From the NCBI GenBank assembly GCA_051418015.1, contig JBPRGF010000023.1, positions 1 through 64,000 of the forward strand: DNA of 64,000 bases. Reading direction: 5' to 3'. The translations under genes were made by a program, and so were the position numbers. The notes under the pieces were generated by a model that searched no databases, was not told the origin of the DNA, and worked only from the letters and a program-made list of their open reading frames with translations. Positions 55,889-64,000 of this stretch are shown piece after piece. Positions within the stretch are counted from its first letter, which is position 1, and each line of letters begins with the position of its first letter. The stretch comes from Candidatus Nitrospinota bacterium M3_3B_026 (GTDB lineage Bacteria; Nitrospinota_A; UBA7883; JBPRGF01).

Positions 55889-57259
55889 ATGCCCGCGGAT
55901 TCGCATTGCCACCTGAACAACCCCGCCTTCGACGAAGACCGCGAGGCGGTGATTGAGAAAGCGGCCGGGGCGGGGTTCAAATACATCCTGAACGTGGGAT
56001 ACGACCCGGCCACGAGCCGCCTGGCCGTCGGCATCGCCGAGGGGCGAAAGATCATGTACGCCTCGGTGGGCATCCACCCTCATAACGCCGCCACGGCCGA
56101 CGACGAAACCATGGAGGAACTCGCCGAGATGGCGGCCCATCCAAAGGTCGTCGCCATAGGAGAGACGGGCCTCGACTACTACCGCGACATCTGCCCGAGG
56201 GACAGGCAGGAGGAGGCGTTCCGCGCCCATGCAAGGCTTGCGAAAAAGCTCGGCAAACCCCTGATCGTCCATTGCCGCGAGGCCATGGACGACGTTTTGA
56301 GGATACTCGAAGAGGAGGGGATAGAAGAGATCGGCGGAGTGATGCACTGTTTCTCCGGGACGGTGGAACAGATGATAAGCCTCGTCAGCCTCGGCCTTTA
56401 CATCTCATACGCCGGGAACATCACCTACCCCCGGGCCGAAAAACTCCGCGACGCCCTGGCCCACACTCCGGGCCACAGGCTGCTCGTGGAGACGGACTCG
56501 CCCTATCTCGCGCCGCAGGGGTTCCGTGGAAAACGCAACGACCCCACGCTTCTTGAACACGTCATCGCCCGGGCGGCCGAGGCGCGCGGCGTTACCCGCG
56601 AGGACGTCGAGCGGATCGCCGTGGCGAACTTCGAGAGCGCCTTCAAGGTCGGCGCTCCCGCCGGGGGGGAGATAGCCTACAAGATAAGGAACTCGCTCTA
56701 CGTCAACGTGACCGCCCGCTGCACCAACGAGTGCTCCTTCTGCGCCCGCTTCTTCTCCGACACCGTCCAGGGGCACAACCTGCGGATAAGCAAAGACCCC
56801 ACGGCCGCGGAGATGATAGAGGCCATCGGCGACCCGGCCCCCTACGACGAGGTCGTCTTCTGCGGGTACGGCGAGCCGACGCTGCGGCTGGACCGTGTCC
56901 TTGAGGCCGCCAGGGCGGTGAAAGCCGGGGGCGGAAAGACAAGGCTGAACACCAACGGACACGGATCGAGAATCGCGGGAAGGGACATAGCGCCGGAGCT
57001 GGAGGGGCTCATAGACCATGTCTCCGTGTCGCTTAACGCCCCGGACGCGAATACCTACGAAGAAATATGCAACCCCCTCCACCCGAACGCGTTCGAGGAT
57101 GTCCTGGAATTCATCCGCGCCGCAAGGAAGCATGTCCCAAAAGTCACGGCCACCGTGGTGGCGATACCGGGGAAGGTGGACGTGGAGGCGTGCCGCCGCC
57201 TTGCCGAGGAGGAACTGGGCGTGGGCTTTCGCGTCCGGGAATACAACCTTGTGGGGTGA
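55889..57259 (+). CDS. TatD family hydrolase fused to a C-terminal radical SAM domain
   Basis: DSHCHL, GIHPH, IGETGLDY, VHCR, VMHCF, ETDSPY; then IRNSLYVNVT.RCTNECSFC, VVFCGYGEP, LNTNGHG. Confidence 0.92.
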   Translation: MPADSHCHLNNPAFDEDREAVIEKAAGAGFKYILNVGYDPATSRLAVGIAEGRKIMYASVGIHPHNAATADDETMEELAEMAAHPKVVAIGETGLDYYRDICPRDRQEEAFRAHARLAKKLGKPLIVHCREAMDDVLRILEEEGIEEIGGVMHCFSGTVEQMISLVSLGLYISYAGNITYPRAEKLRDALAHTPGHRLLVETDSPYLAPQGFRGKRNDPTLLEHVIARAAEARGVTREDVERIAVANFESAFKVGAPAGGEIAYKIRNSLYVNVTARCTNECSFCARFFSDTVQGHNLRISKDPTAAEMIEAIGDPAPYDEVVFCGYGEPTLRLDRVLEAARAVKAGGGKTRLNTNGHGSRIAGRDIAPELEGLIDHVSVSLNAPDANTYEEICNPLHPNAFEDVLEFIRAARKHVPKVTATVVAIPGKVDVEACRRLAEEELGVGFRVREYNLVG

Positions 57260-57343
57260 AAATTTTTTTGCGGCGCCCCGCGCGATGGCGGCCGCGCCTC
57301 AAAAAGCTTAAGGACTGCGCCTCAGACGCCCGAAAATTGACAA

Positions 57344-58492
57344 CTACCGGCCCACGCCACGGATGCTGTAGCCCGCGCGTCTCATCGTCTCCTCAGTCCT
57401 TTCCGCCTCCGCTTTGGACTCGTATCTGCCCACCCTCACGATGTAGAGGTCGAGCGGGCCCTTCCTGTTCACCACGGCGGGGCTGAACCCCCTTCCTCTT
57501 ATCCTGTCCGCCAGCGAGCGGGCCTGGCCTTCCCTTTCATAAGCCCCCGCCACCAGCGTCACGCGCTCTCCGCCGGTGATGTAGGAAGTCCTTGTAGGAA
57601 AGCCAGCCTCGGCCAGCGCGGCGGAAAGACCAGAGGCCTCCCTGATCGAGCCGAACTCGCCAAGCTCCACGCGATAGAGGTTCTTCCTCGCTTTGCCGAT
57701 GGATATCCACGAGTCGAACCCCCGGCTCCGAAGATCGTCCCGAAGCCGCAGAGCGCCCACGGCGTCCATCGTGGCCGTGACCGTCACCGAGTAGGGTGTC
57801 TTTTTTCTCTGTCTTTGCTCGCCCCTTATCCTCTCTATCTCCTCCAGGACCTCCTTTTCAGGCGCTCCCGAGGGAGGCAGGGCGGCGACTTTCACATCCT
57901 CCTCCGCGGGCGGAGTCTGGGAAGGCGAAGGCGCCGAAGTTTGCGGCTCGCTCGTGATGGCGGATATCTCCTTAACATCCTCCGCGGCGGCGGGCTCCAT
58001 CGCAGAAGCCTCGGTTTCAGGCGCGGGCGTCTCTTCGGCTTTCTCCTCCACGGCCGCCGCTCCGGGCTCGTCCATGCTTTCCGGCTCCGCGACAGCTTCC
58101 TCGGCGGGCTCCGCGCTCTCGCCTTCCGCGGCCGACTCCAGCGGCTCGCCGTTCATCAGCGCGCCGGGCGCCTTGAAATCCTCGTCAATCCTGTTCTCCT
58201 CGGCGAGGGCGGCGATCTGCGCCTCCAGGGTCTCTTCGGCCGTCGGTTCCGCCTCTTCTTGCGCCGGCTCGGTGATCCGGGTCTCCATCGACGAACCTCC
58301 GCCCCACCGCCCAGCCAGGACCGACACGACTATCACGCCCAGGATCACACCGCCCACGGCGAAAATCGTCTTCTTCCTGCGCGCGCGGTCCTCGGCAGCC
58401 AGCTCCTCCTCGAAGTCCTGCAGTATCTCGGCGTCTATATCCGAGTATTCTTCGTCGCTGTGTCCCTCGTCTCTCATGGGCTCTTTCGACAT
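57344..58492 (-). CDS. Membrane-anchored SPOR domain protein
   Basis: Acidic N-terminus, one TM, Ala/Glu/Pro linker, C-terminal YRVELGEF..and YIVRVGRY.SKAEA SPOR repeats; ATG 58492 after CAGGAG. Confidence 0.85.
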   Translation of the reverse strand: MSKEPMRDEGHSDEEYSDIDAEILQDFEEELAAEDRARRKKTIFAVGGVILGVIVVSVLAGRWGGGSSMETRITEPAQEEAEPTAEETLEAQIAALAEENRIDEDFKAPGALMNGEPLESAAEGESAEPAEEAVAEPESMDEPGAAAVEEKAEETPAPETEASAMEPAAAEDVKEISAITSEPQTSAPSPSQTPPAEEDVKVAALPPSGAPEKEVLEEIERIRGEQRQRKKTPYSVTVTATMDAVGALRLRDDLRSRGFDSWISIGKARKNLYRVELGEFGSIREASGLSAALAEAGFPTRTSYITGGERVTLVAGAYEREGQARSLADRIRGRGFSPAVVNRKGPLDLYIVRVGRYESKAEAERTEETMRRAGYSIRGVGR

Positions 58493-58571
58493 CTCCTGTT
58501 TTTTCGCCGTTTGTATCACAAACCATATAGACGGACAATAGCTCCGCCTTCAACCTGATATCATACCCTTT

Positions 58572-59537
58572 ATGGGCGAAGGCATCTATGTAATAGGCGT
58601 CGATCTCGGCGGGACCAACGTTCGGGCGGCGGCGGTCTCCCCGGAGGGCGCCATACTCTCCCGGGCGAAGCTTGGCTCTCGCGCCTCGGAAGGGTACGGC
58701 AAGGTCCTGGACCGCGTCGCCGAAACGGCCCGCAAGGTGATGGACGAAATGGGCATGAAACCCGCCGCCGTTGGAGTGGGATCGGCCGGGGCCATCGACT
58801 TCGACAGGGGGGTCGTCACAAGGTCTCCCAACTTTCCCGACTGGCGGGACACCCCCCTGCTCCGCGACCTAGAGGATAGGCTAGGCGCGCCGGTCCGCCT
58901 TGAAAACGACGCCAACGCCGCCGCCATCGGCGAGGGGTGGAAAGGCGCCGCCGTGGACTGGGATGATTTTCTGGCCTTCACGCTGGGCACGGGCGTAGGC
59001 GGCGGCCTGGTCCTGGGGAACAAAATCTGGCATGGGACTGAAGGAATGGCCGGTGAGGTGGGGCATATCCCCATCCGGCCCGGCGGGCGTCTTTGCGGAT
59101 GCGGGGCGAGGGGATGCCTCGAGGCTTACGCCTCCGCAAGCGGCGTGGCCCATAGCGCCAGGGAAAGATTCAACGAACCCGGCGCGGCGCGGCTCCGGGA
59201 GATGACGGAGGGCCGGGCGGAGATGGTGGACGCCGCCCTGGTGGCAAAAGGGGCGATGGAAGGGGACGAGCTGATGCTCGGCCTGCTCGCCGAGGCGGGG
59301 GAGTATCTGGGGCGCGCCATGGCGGCAGTGGCGCTGATACTCGACGTCTCCCGGTTCGTTATAGGCGGGGGGATGTCGGAAGCGCTGCCTCTCATGGAGT
59401 CCGCGATGAGGAGGGCCGCCCTGGCCTCCGCCTATACGCTCGATGACGAAAAACTCATGATACGAAAAGCCGCCCTGGGAGACGACGCCGGCATCCTGGG
59501 CGCGGCGAAGGTGGCGATGGAATCATGTTCTGGATAA
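58572..59537 (+). CDS. ROK family sugar kinase (glucokinase-like)
   Basis: GVDLGGT, ENDANAAA.GE, TLGTGVGGG, GEVGH, CGCG..GCLEAYAS. Confidence 0.95.
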   Translation: MGEGIYVIGVDLGGTNVRAAAVSPEGAILSRAKLGSRASEGYGKVLDRVAETARKVMDEMGMKPAAVGVGSAGAIDFDRGVVTRSPNFPDWRDTPLLRDLEDRLGAPVRLENDANAAAIGEGWKGAAVDWDDFLAFTLGTGVGGGLVLGNKIWHGTEGMAGEVGHIPIRPGGRLCGCGARGCLEAYASASGVAHSARERFNEPGAARLREMTEGRAEMVDAALVAKGAMEGDELMLGLLAEAGEYLGRAMAAVALILDVSRFVIGGGMSEALPLMESAMRRAALASAYTLDDEKLMIRKAALGDDAGILGAAKVAMESCSG

Positions 59538-60730
59538 TTCTCCGCGTCGCCCTGCGTGAGCTTCGGGGAGCGCTGACCCGCTCGCTTCTGACGATGCTGG
59601 GCGTGGTGATAGGCGTCGCCGCCGTGGTGGCGATGGTGGCGCTGGGGGAAGGGGCGAAAAGGGAGGTGGCCCAGAACATAAGGAACCTGGGGACGAACCT
59701 TTTGATCGTGAGGCCGGGGCTTATGAAAACCGGCCACGTCCGCCGCGCCCCGGCGCAGACCCTGACCCTGGACGACGCGGAGCTTATCAGGAGAAAAGTC
59801 CCCGGCGTCATCTCCGTCGCGCCGAGCGCCACGCAGTCCGCCCAGGTGAAGCACCTCAACAAGAACACCAACACCAGCATAGTCGGCGTGACGCCGGACT
59901 ACCTTTCCGCCCGCAATTTCTCCGTGGCCGGCGGACGGTTTTTCACCTTCCGCGACGTGGCCGGGGCAAGGCGGGTCGCGGCGATCGGGAAAAAGGCGGC
60001 GGACGACCTTTTCGGCTACCGCGATCCCATCGGCAAGCGGATAAAGATAAACGGGGTGAGCTTTTTCGTCGCCGCCGTGATGGCCGAGAAGGGCCAGATG
60101 GGATGGTGGGACGCCGACGACCAGATACTGATCCCCATAACAACGTTCCAGAAACGCCTCTTCGGCAAGAACTACGTCAACGACATCTCCGTGGAGGTGG
60201 AGGACGAGGGGGAGATGGAATTCGTCAGCGACAGGATAACCACGATCCTGCGCCGGTCGCACAGGATACGTCCGGGCGGGGAGGCGGACTTTCACGTCCG
60301 CAGCCAGACGGAGATACTCGAATCGATGGAGGAGATGACGAGGACCTTCACGTACCTGCTGGGCGGCATCGCGGCGATATCGCTGGTGGTGGGCGGCATC
60401 GGCATCATGAACATAATGCTGGTCACCGTCACGGAGCGGACGCGGGAGATCGGCCTGCGCAAGGCCCTTGGCGCCAGAAGGAAGGACATACTGAAACAGT
60501 TCCTGGTGGAGTCCACCGTCCTGTCCAGCCTTGGAGGGTTTATCGGGATCGGCCTGGGCGTTCTGGCCGCCCGCGCCGTCAGGGGGTTCAGCGAGTGGGG
60601 GACATACGTCTCCCCCAACTCTGTTATCATCGCCTACACGGTGGCCCTTTGCGTGGGGGTCTTCTTCGGCCTGTATCCCGCGTGGAAGGCGGCGCGGCTG
60701 AACCCCGTGGACGCGCTGAGGCGGGAGTAG
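59525..60730 (+). CDS. ABC transporter permease, MacB/FtsX family
   Basis: RSLLTMLGVVIGVAAVV, GGIGIMNIMLVTVTERTREIG, FFGLYPA.KAARLNP. Confidence 0.95.
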   Translation: MFWIILRVALRELRGALTRSLLTMLGVVIGVAAVVAMVALGEGAKREVAQNIRNLGTNLLIVRPGLMKTGHVRRAPAQTLTLDDAELIRRKVPGVISVAPSATQSAQVKHLNKNTNTSIVGVTPDYLSARNFSVAGGRFFTFRDVAGARRVAAIGKKAADDLFGYRDPIGKRIKINGVSFFVAAVMAEKGQMGWWDADDQILIPITTFQKRLFGKNYVNDISVEVEDEGEMEFVSDRITTILRRSHRIRPGGEADFHVRSQTEILESMEEMTRTFTYLLGGIAAISLVVGGIGIMNIMLVTVTERTREIGLRKALGARRKDILKQFLVESTVLSSLGGFIGIGLGVLAARAVRGFSEWGTYVSPNSVIIAYTVALCVGVFFGLYPAWKAARLNPVDALRRE

Positions 60731-61435
60731 ATGCCTCCCACGCGCCGCCCCAGCGTCGGCCTGGTCATCCCGGCGTACAACGAGCAGCAGGCCCTGCCGG
60801 CGACCCTGGCGGGGATACCGCCCGGCGTGGTGGATTCCGTCGTCGTGGTGGACAACGCAAGCTCCGACGGGACGGCCGAGACCGCAAGACAAGGGGGCGC
60901 CGTGGTCGTTCACGAGCCGCGCCGGGGCTACGGAGCCGCGTGCCTGGCGGGGATCGGGTGGTATGAAAAGAACCCGGCCGATATCATCGTCTTCATGGAC
61001 GCCGACGGGGCGGACGCCCCTTCGATGATAAAGGGCCTTGTGACGCCGATAGCCGACGGGAAGGCGGACATGGTGATTGGATCGCGGGCGTTGGGGCAAA
61101 GGGAGCCGGGGGCGCTGGCGCCCCATGCGGCTTTCGGCAATCGTCTGGCGGTCTTCCTTATACGGCTCCTTTTCGGCCACGCTTACACGGACCTCGGACC
61201 CTTCAGGGCCGTCAGGAGCGGCTCGCTCGCCTCGCTCGGCATGGCGGACAGGGACTACGGATGGACGGTGGAGATGCAGGTAAAGGCGATAAAGCAGGGC
61301 CTGCGGATAATGGAGATCCCCGTCCCCTACAAGCGACGTATCGGAAAATCCAAGATATCCGGCACCTTCAAGGGAACCGTGATGGCGGGCTGGAAGATAA
61401 TCACCACCATATTCAGGCTGCGCCTTGCGCCGTGA
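60731..61435 (+). CDS. GT2 glycosyltransferase (polyprenol-phosphate glycosyltransferase-like)
   Basis: IPAYNE, VDNASSD, GYGAAC, FMDADG, TDLGPFRA, YGWTVEMQ, SKISGT. Confidence 0.93.
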   Translation: MPPTRRPSVGLVIPAYNEQQALPATLAGIPPGVVDSVVVVDNASSDGTAETARQGGAVVVHEPRRGYGAACLAGIGWYEKNPADIIVFMDADGADAPSMIKGLVTPIADGKADMVIGSRALGQREPGALAPHAAFGNRLAVFLIRLLFGHAYTDLGPFRAVRSGSLASLGMADRDYGWTVEMQVKAIKQGLRIMEIPVPYKRRIGKSKISGTFKGTVMAGWKIITTIFRLRLAP

Positions 61436-61466
61436 CGGCTGAAGACGGAGGCGCGAAGACCGCGGC

Positions 61467-62756
61467 ATGAACGATTCCAGGAAATTATCGCGCGCCCGCC
61501 TCTCAGCGGCGGGGTTTTCGCTCCTGGCTCTATACCTTGCGCCCCTCCTGGTCCCGGATTACTCCGCGGCGGTAACGCCCTTTCTTGTCATATACCTTTC
61601 CGCCTTCGCCGTGTGGGGCGTAGTGGTGTGGGAGACGCTGAGGGCGGACGAGGCGGACGGGTGGGCTCTTTTCATCGTCGTGTTGTTCGCGATTCTTTTC
61701 CGGGTTGTGGTACTGCCGCAGGACTCCATCCTGGACGACGACCTTTACCGCTACGTCTGGGACGGGAGGATGTGGCTGAACGGGATAAACCCCTACCTTT
61801 ACCCCCCCAGCCACTCCGCCCTGGCCGCCTACAGGGACGATCTGATTTTCCCGAACATAAATTTCCCCCATGTCCCGACCATATACCCGCCGCTTTCCCA
61901 GTACGTCTTCGCCGGGGCCGTGGGACTTTTCGGCGGCAGCCTGGTGGGGATGAAGCTTTTCTGGACGCTTTTTGAGCTTCTGACCATCGCCGCCGTGGCG
62001 GGGCTTTTGAAAACGCTGGGGAGGAACCCCGTCCGGGCCGTCGTCTACGCATGGTGTCCGCTGGCTATAAAGGAGGTGGCGGGGTCGGGCCACCTGGACT
62101 CGCTGGCGGTCTTCCTGACGGTCATCGCCGTCTGGATGGCGGCCAGGCGCCCCGCCTTAAGCTCCGCGGCGCTGGGGGCGGCGGTGGCGGCGAAGCTTTA
62201 TCCCCTGGCGATCGCGCCCTTTTTCATCCGGCGGCTGGGATGGAGATTTTTGATTGCGCCAGTAGTCACGCTCCTGGCCTATGCCCCGTTCTTGTCCGTG
62301 GGCCCGTCAAAAATCTTCGCGGGGCTCATGGAGTACGCCGACAGATGGATGTTCAACCCGGGGCTTTTCGACGTGGCGCGGCGCGTCTTCTCCATCTTCT
62401 CCGAAAACGGCTTGGAGATGGCGAAAGCGGCGCTCGGGCTGGCCGTCGCGGCAGTCATTGTCTGGCTTTTTTACCGGGATGACGGGACGACACGGAAACT
62501 TTCGGAGTCCGTCATGTGGACGCTGGCCGCCCTGCTGCTCGCCGCGCCGACGGCGGACCCCTGGTACCTGCTCTGGTTTCTGCCGTTCATGGCCGCCGCG
62601 CCCTCCCCTGCCCTCTTTGCGTGGACCGGGCTTTCGTTTCTCAGCTATGGCTTTTACTACGAGGGGCGGGACATCGCCTGGTTCCGGGCGTTCGAATACA
62701 TACCCGTTTACGCCCTGCTTTTGTGGGAGGCGGCGCGGCGCCGGAAAAATCCTTGA
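61467..62756 (+). CDS. Multi-TM GT-C glycosyltransferase (GT87/DUF2029-like)
   Basis: DDLYRYVWDG...GINPY, TIYPP, YAWCPL..E..GSGHLD, AKLYP, PWY. Confidence 0.85.
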   Translation: MNDSRKLSRARLSAAGFSLLALYLAPLLVPDYSAAVTPFLVIYLSAFAVWGVVVWETLRADEADGWALFIVVLFAILFRVVVLPQDSILDDDLYRYVWDGRMWLNGINPYLYPPSHSALAAYRDDLIFPNINFPHVPTIYPPLSQYVFAGAVGLFGGSLVGMKLFWTLFELLTIAAVAGLLKTLGRNPVRAVVYAWCPLAIKEVAGSGHLDSLAVFLTVIAVWMAARRPALSSAALGAAVAAKLYPLAIAPFFIRRLGWRFLIAPVVTLLAYAPFLSVGPSKIFAGLMEYADRWMFNPGLFDVARRVFSIFSENGLEMAKAALGLAVAAVIVWLFYRDDGTTRKLSESVMWTLAALLLAAPTADPWYLLWFLPFMAAAPSPALFAWTGLSFLSYGFYYEGRDIAWFRAFEYIPVYALLLWEAARRRKNP

Positions 62757-62761
62757 AAAAC

Positions 62762-62836
62762 TGGAGCCGGTGAGCGGACTTGAACCGCTGACCTGCTGAT
62801 TACGAATCAGCTGCTCTACCACTGAGCTACACCGGC
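62762..62836 (-). tRNA. tRNA-Thr (anticodon CGT)
   Basis: Minus strand GCCGGTGTAGCTCAGTGGTAGAGCAGCTGATTCGTAATCAGCAGGTCAGCGGTTCAAGTCCGCTCACCGGCTCCA; cloverleaf, loop TTCGTAA, encoded CCA. Confidence 0.97.
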
Positions 62837-62987
62837 AGGAAAAGCCTTTCCAGAAGCGGAATTTTACCATAATATCAGACGTGAAACGAAGCTGGGGGCG
62901 CTTATTCATATCAGAAAAAACCTCCGGGCCCGGGCGGGCTATGCGAAAAGAAGCGGCGCGGGAGCCTGTCTATCCGAGGCTGCGGCG

Positions 62988-63335
62988 ATGGCGCATGATG
63001 CGCGAAAATCGAAGACGCGGCCGATCATCCTCTCCCTCGTCATCCTCACTCTGTCCTGCTCCGCCCCCTCCGGCGGCAGCGGCCGGGCCACCACAAAGGA
63101 CGGCCACGTCGCCTGCGAAAAAAGGGAGTGGATGGAGGATATGCTCGACTTCATAAGAACGAAAAACAAGGCCCAGTTCAGACGCTACATCGAAAACAAA
63201 AGATGCATCTTCATGAAAGGCGGCGTCGGCGTGAAGCTGCTCGGGACAAAGGCCAAACCCGTCAGAGTGGTGGTGGCTTTCGAATATCAAAACAAGGTCA
63301 TGTGGACATACTGGTCGAGCCTTGTGTATGACTAA
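62988..63335 (+). CDS. Hypothetical lipoprotein
   Basis: Basic N-terminus, hydrophobic stretch, LTLSC lipobox-like; additional Cys pair. Confidence 0.6.
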   Translation: MAHDARKSKTRPIILSLVILTLSCSAPSGGSGRATTKDGHVACEKREWMEDMLDFIRTKNKAQFRRYIENKRCIFMKGGVGVKLLGTKAKPVRVVVAFEYQNKVMWTYWSSLVYD

Positions 63336-63385
63336 AGGACGATCACGCCATGGGGCCGCTACGAAAACGTGACAAGGCGACCCGG

Positions 63386-63578
63386 TGCCACGTTTCCGTG
63401 GCATCAATGATATGTAGCTGTATTGTAAAGCGTTATGCTCCTCCAGGGCGTTCCGTTTCGCTTTTATGTATGTTGCCCCGAACCCCGCGTCATTACACGC
63501 GGGGCGTCAGCCTGAGGCATTATTCCTGCATTATCAACAAGTTAGAGCGGCGGCGCGAAAGATGGCACGGGATGTGCT
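63386..63578 (+). promoter_or_regulatory. sigma54 promoter with IHF site and upstream activator palindrome
   Basis: TGGCACGGGATGTGCT (63563-63578, GG-N10-GC); TATCAACAAGTTA exact WATCAANNNNTTR match (63532-63544); TGCCACG-TTTC-CGTGGCA (63386-63403). Confidence 0.75.
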
Positions 63579-63588
63579 ACACTTACAG

Positions 63589-63744
63589 TTGCGACAGGCT
63601 GTTCGGGCGATAGACCTCGTTCGCCCGTCCAGATGTCGGTAACCATGGCGATTTAAAGCTTTGCTGTGGGTATTCGGAAAGAAATTTCCGGATAACTTAA
63701 GGCTGACGGCCTCGGGCGCTCCTCCCCGAGGTCGTCTTTTTTTT
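63589..63744 (+). ncRNA. Candidate sigma54-dependent small RNA (about 155 nt)
   Basis: Bounded by the sigma54 promoter and a strong terminator; internal hairpins GGGCGA..TCGCCC and CGGAAA..TTTCCG; no credible ORF. Confidence 0.6.
63705..63744 (+). terminator. Rho-independent terminator
   Basis: GACGGCCTCGGG-CGCTCCTC-CCCGAGGTCGTC followed by T8. Confidence 0.88.
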
Positions 63745-64000
63745 GACCCCGCGAAAAAATCACGCCCCAAAGGGGGTTAATGTATTTTTTCATTACAGAG
63801 CCAGAGGTTTGCTCCAACCGTAATCATTTGTTAAGATTAATCTTTTTGGCAGGAGTGCGATTATAATTGACCTTGGCGCCATATTTTTGCTATCTTCAGA
63901 ACGCAAGAGGGGTTTTTTCCCTGGGCCGCAAGGGTTTTTTCCTTCGGTTTCGGCGCGTATTTTCTAGAATAACAATAATCTACAGGTCATTTCCCGCATG

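Noticed and set aside
62762..62836. tRNA-Thr as an island integration site
   Set aside because: No integrase, no duplicated tRNA 3' end noticed, and flanking genes have host-like composition
63350..63770. Short ORFs 63350..63613 (+) and 63534..63770 (-)
   Set aside because: No motifs, atypical composition, and they run across promoter, IHF and terminator elements better explained as non-coding
63874..63891. TGGCGCCATATTTTTGCT as a second sigma54 promoter
   Set aside because: GG-to-GC spacing is 12, not the required 10

Overview
GC-rich (roughly 60%) bacterial chromosomal window. The NirK type and gene content suggest a Nitrospinota/Nitrospirota- or Desulfobacterota-like organism (inference only). 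The left end holds a complete iodate-reductase-type cluster: two di-heme cytochrome c peroxidase-like genes, a Tat-exported Rieske subunit and an AioA/IdrA-family molybdoenzyme. It sits behind a sigma54 promoter and is followed by a HEAT-repeat gene. Next come a TetR-controlled RND efflux operon, a cytochrome b/SHP/diheme-cytochrome c/PepSY/two-component operon with a tandem regulator box, and an unusual zinc-ribbon/FliL-like membrane protein with about 8 copies of a CheY-P-binding-like motif. The middle contains gatB, rsgA, a sigma54-preceded nirK, a trehalose operon (DUF5752-treT-treZ-malQ::treY), trxB, a class I adenylate cyclase, thrS, yajQ and a GAF kinase with an atypical NtrC-family activator. 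The right part contains aminotransferase-serA-hisZ-purA, a palindromic repeat patch, a TatD::radical SAM fusion, glycosyltransferases and tRNA-Thr(CGT). At the far right is a candidate sigma54-dependent small RNA with activator site, IHF site and terminator. No CRISPR array, rRNA, transposase or integrase was seen.
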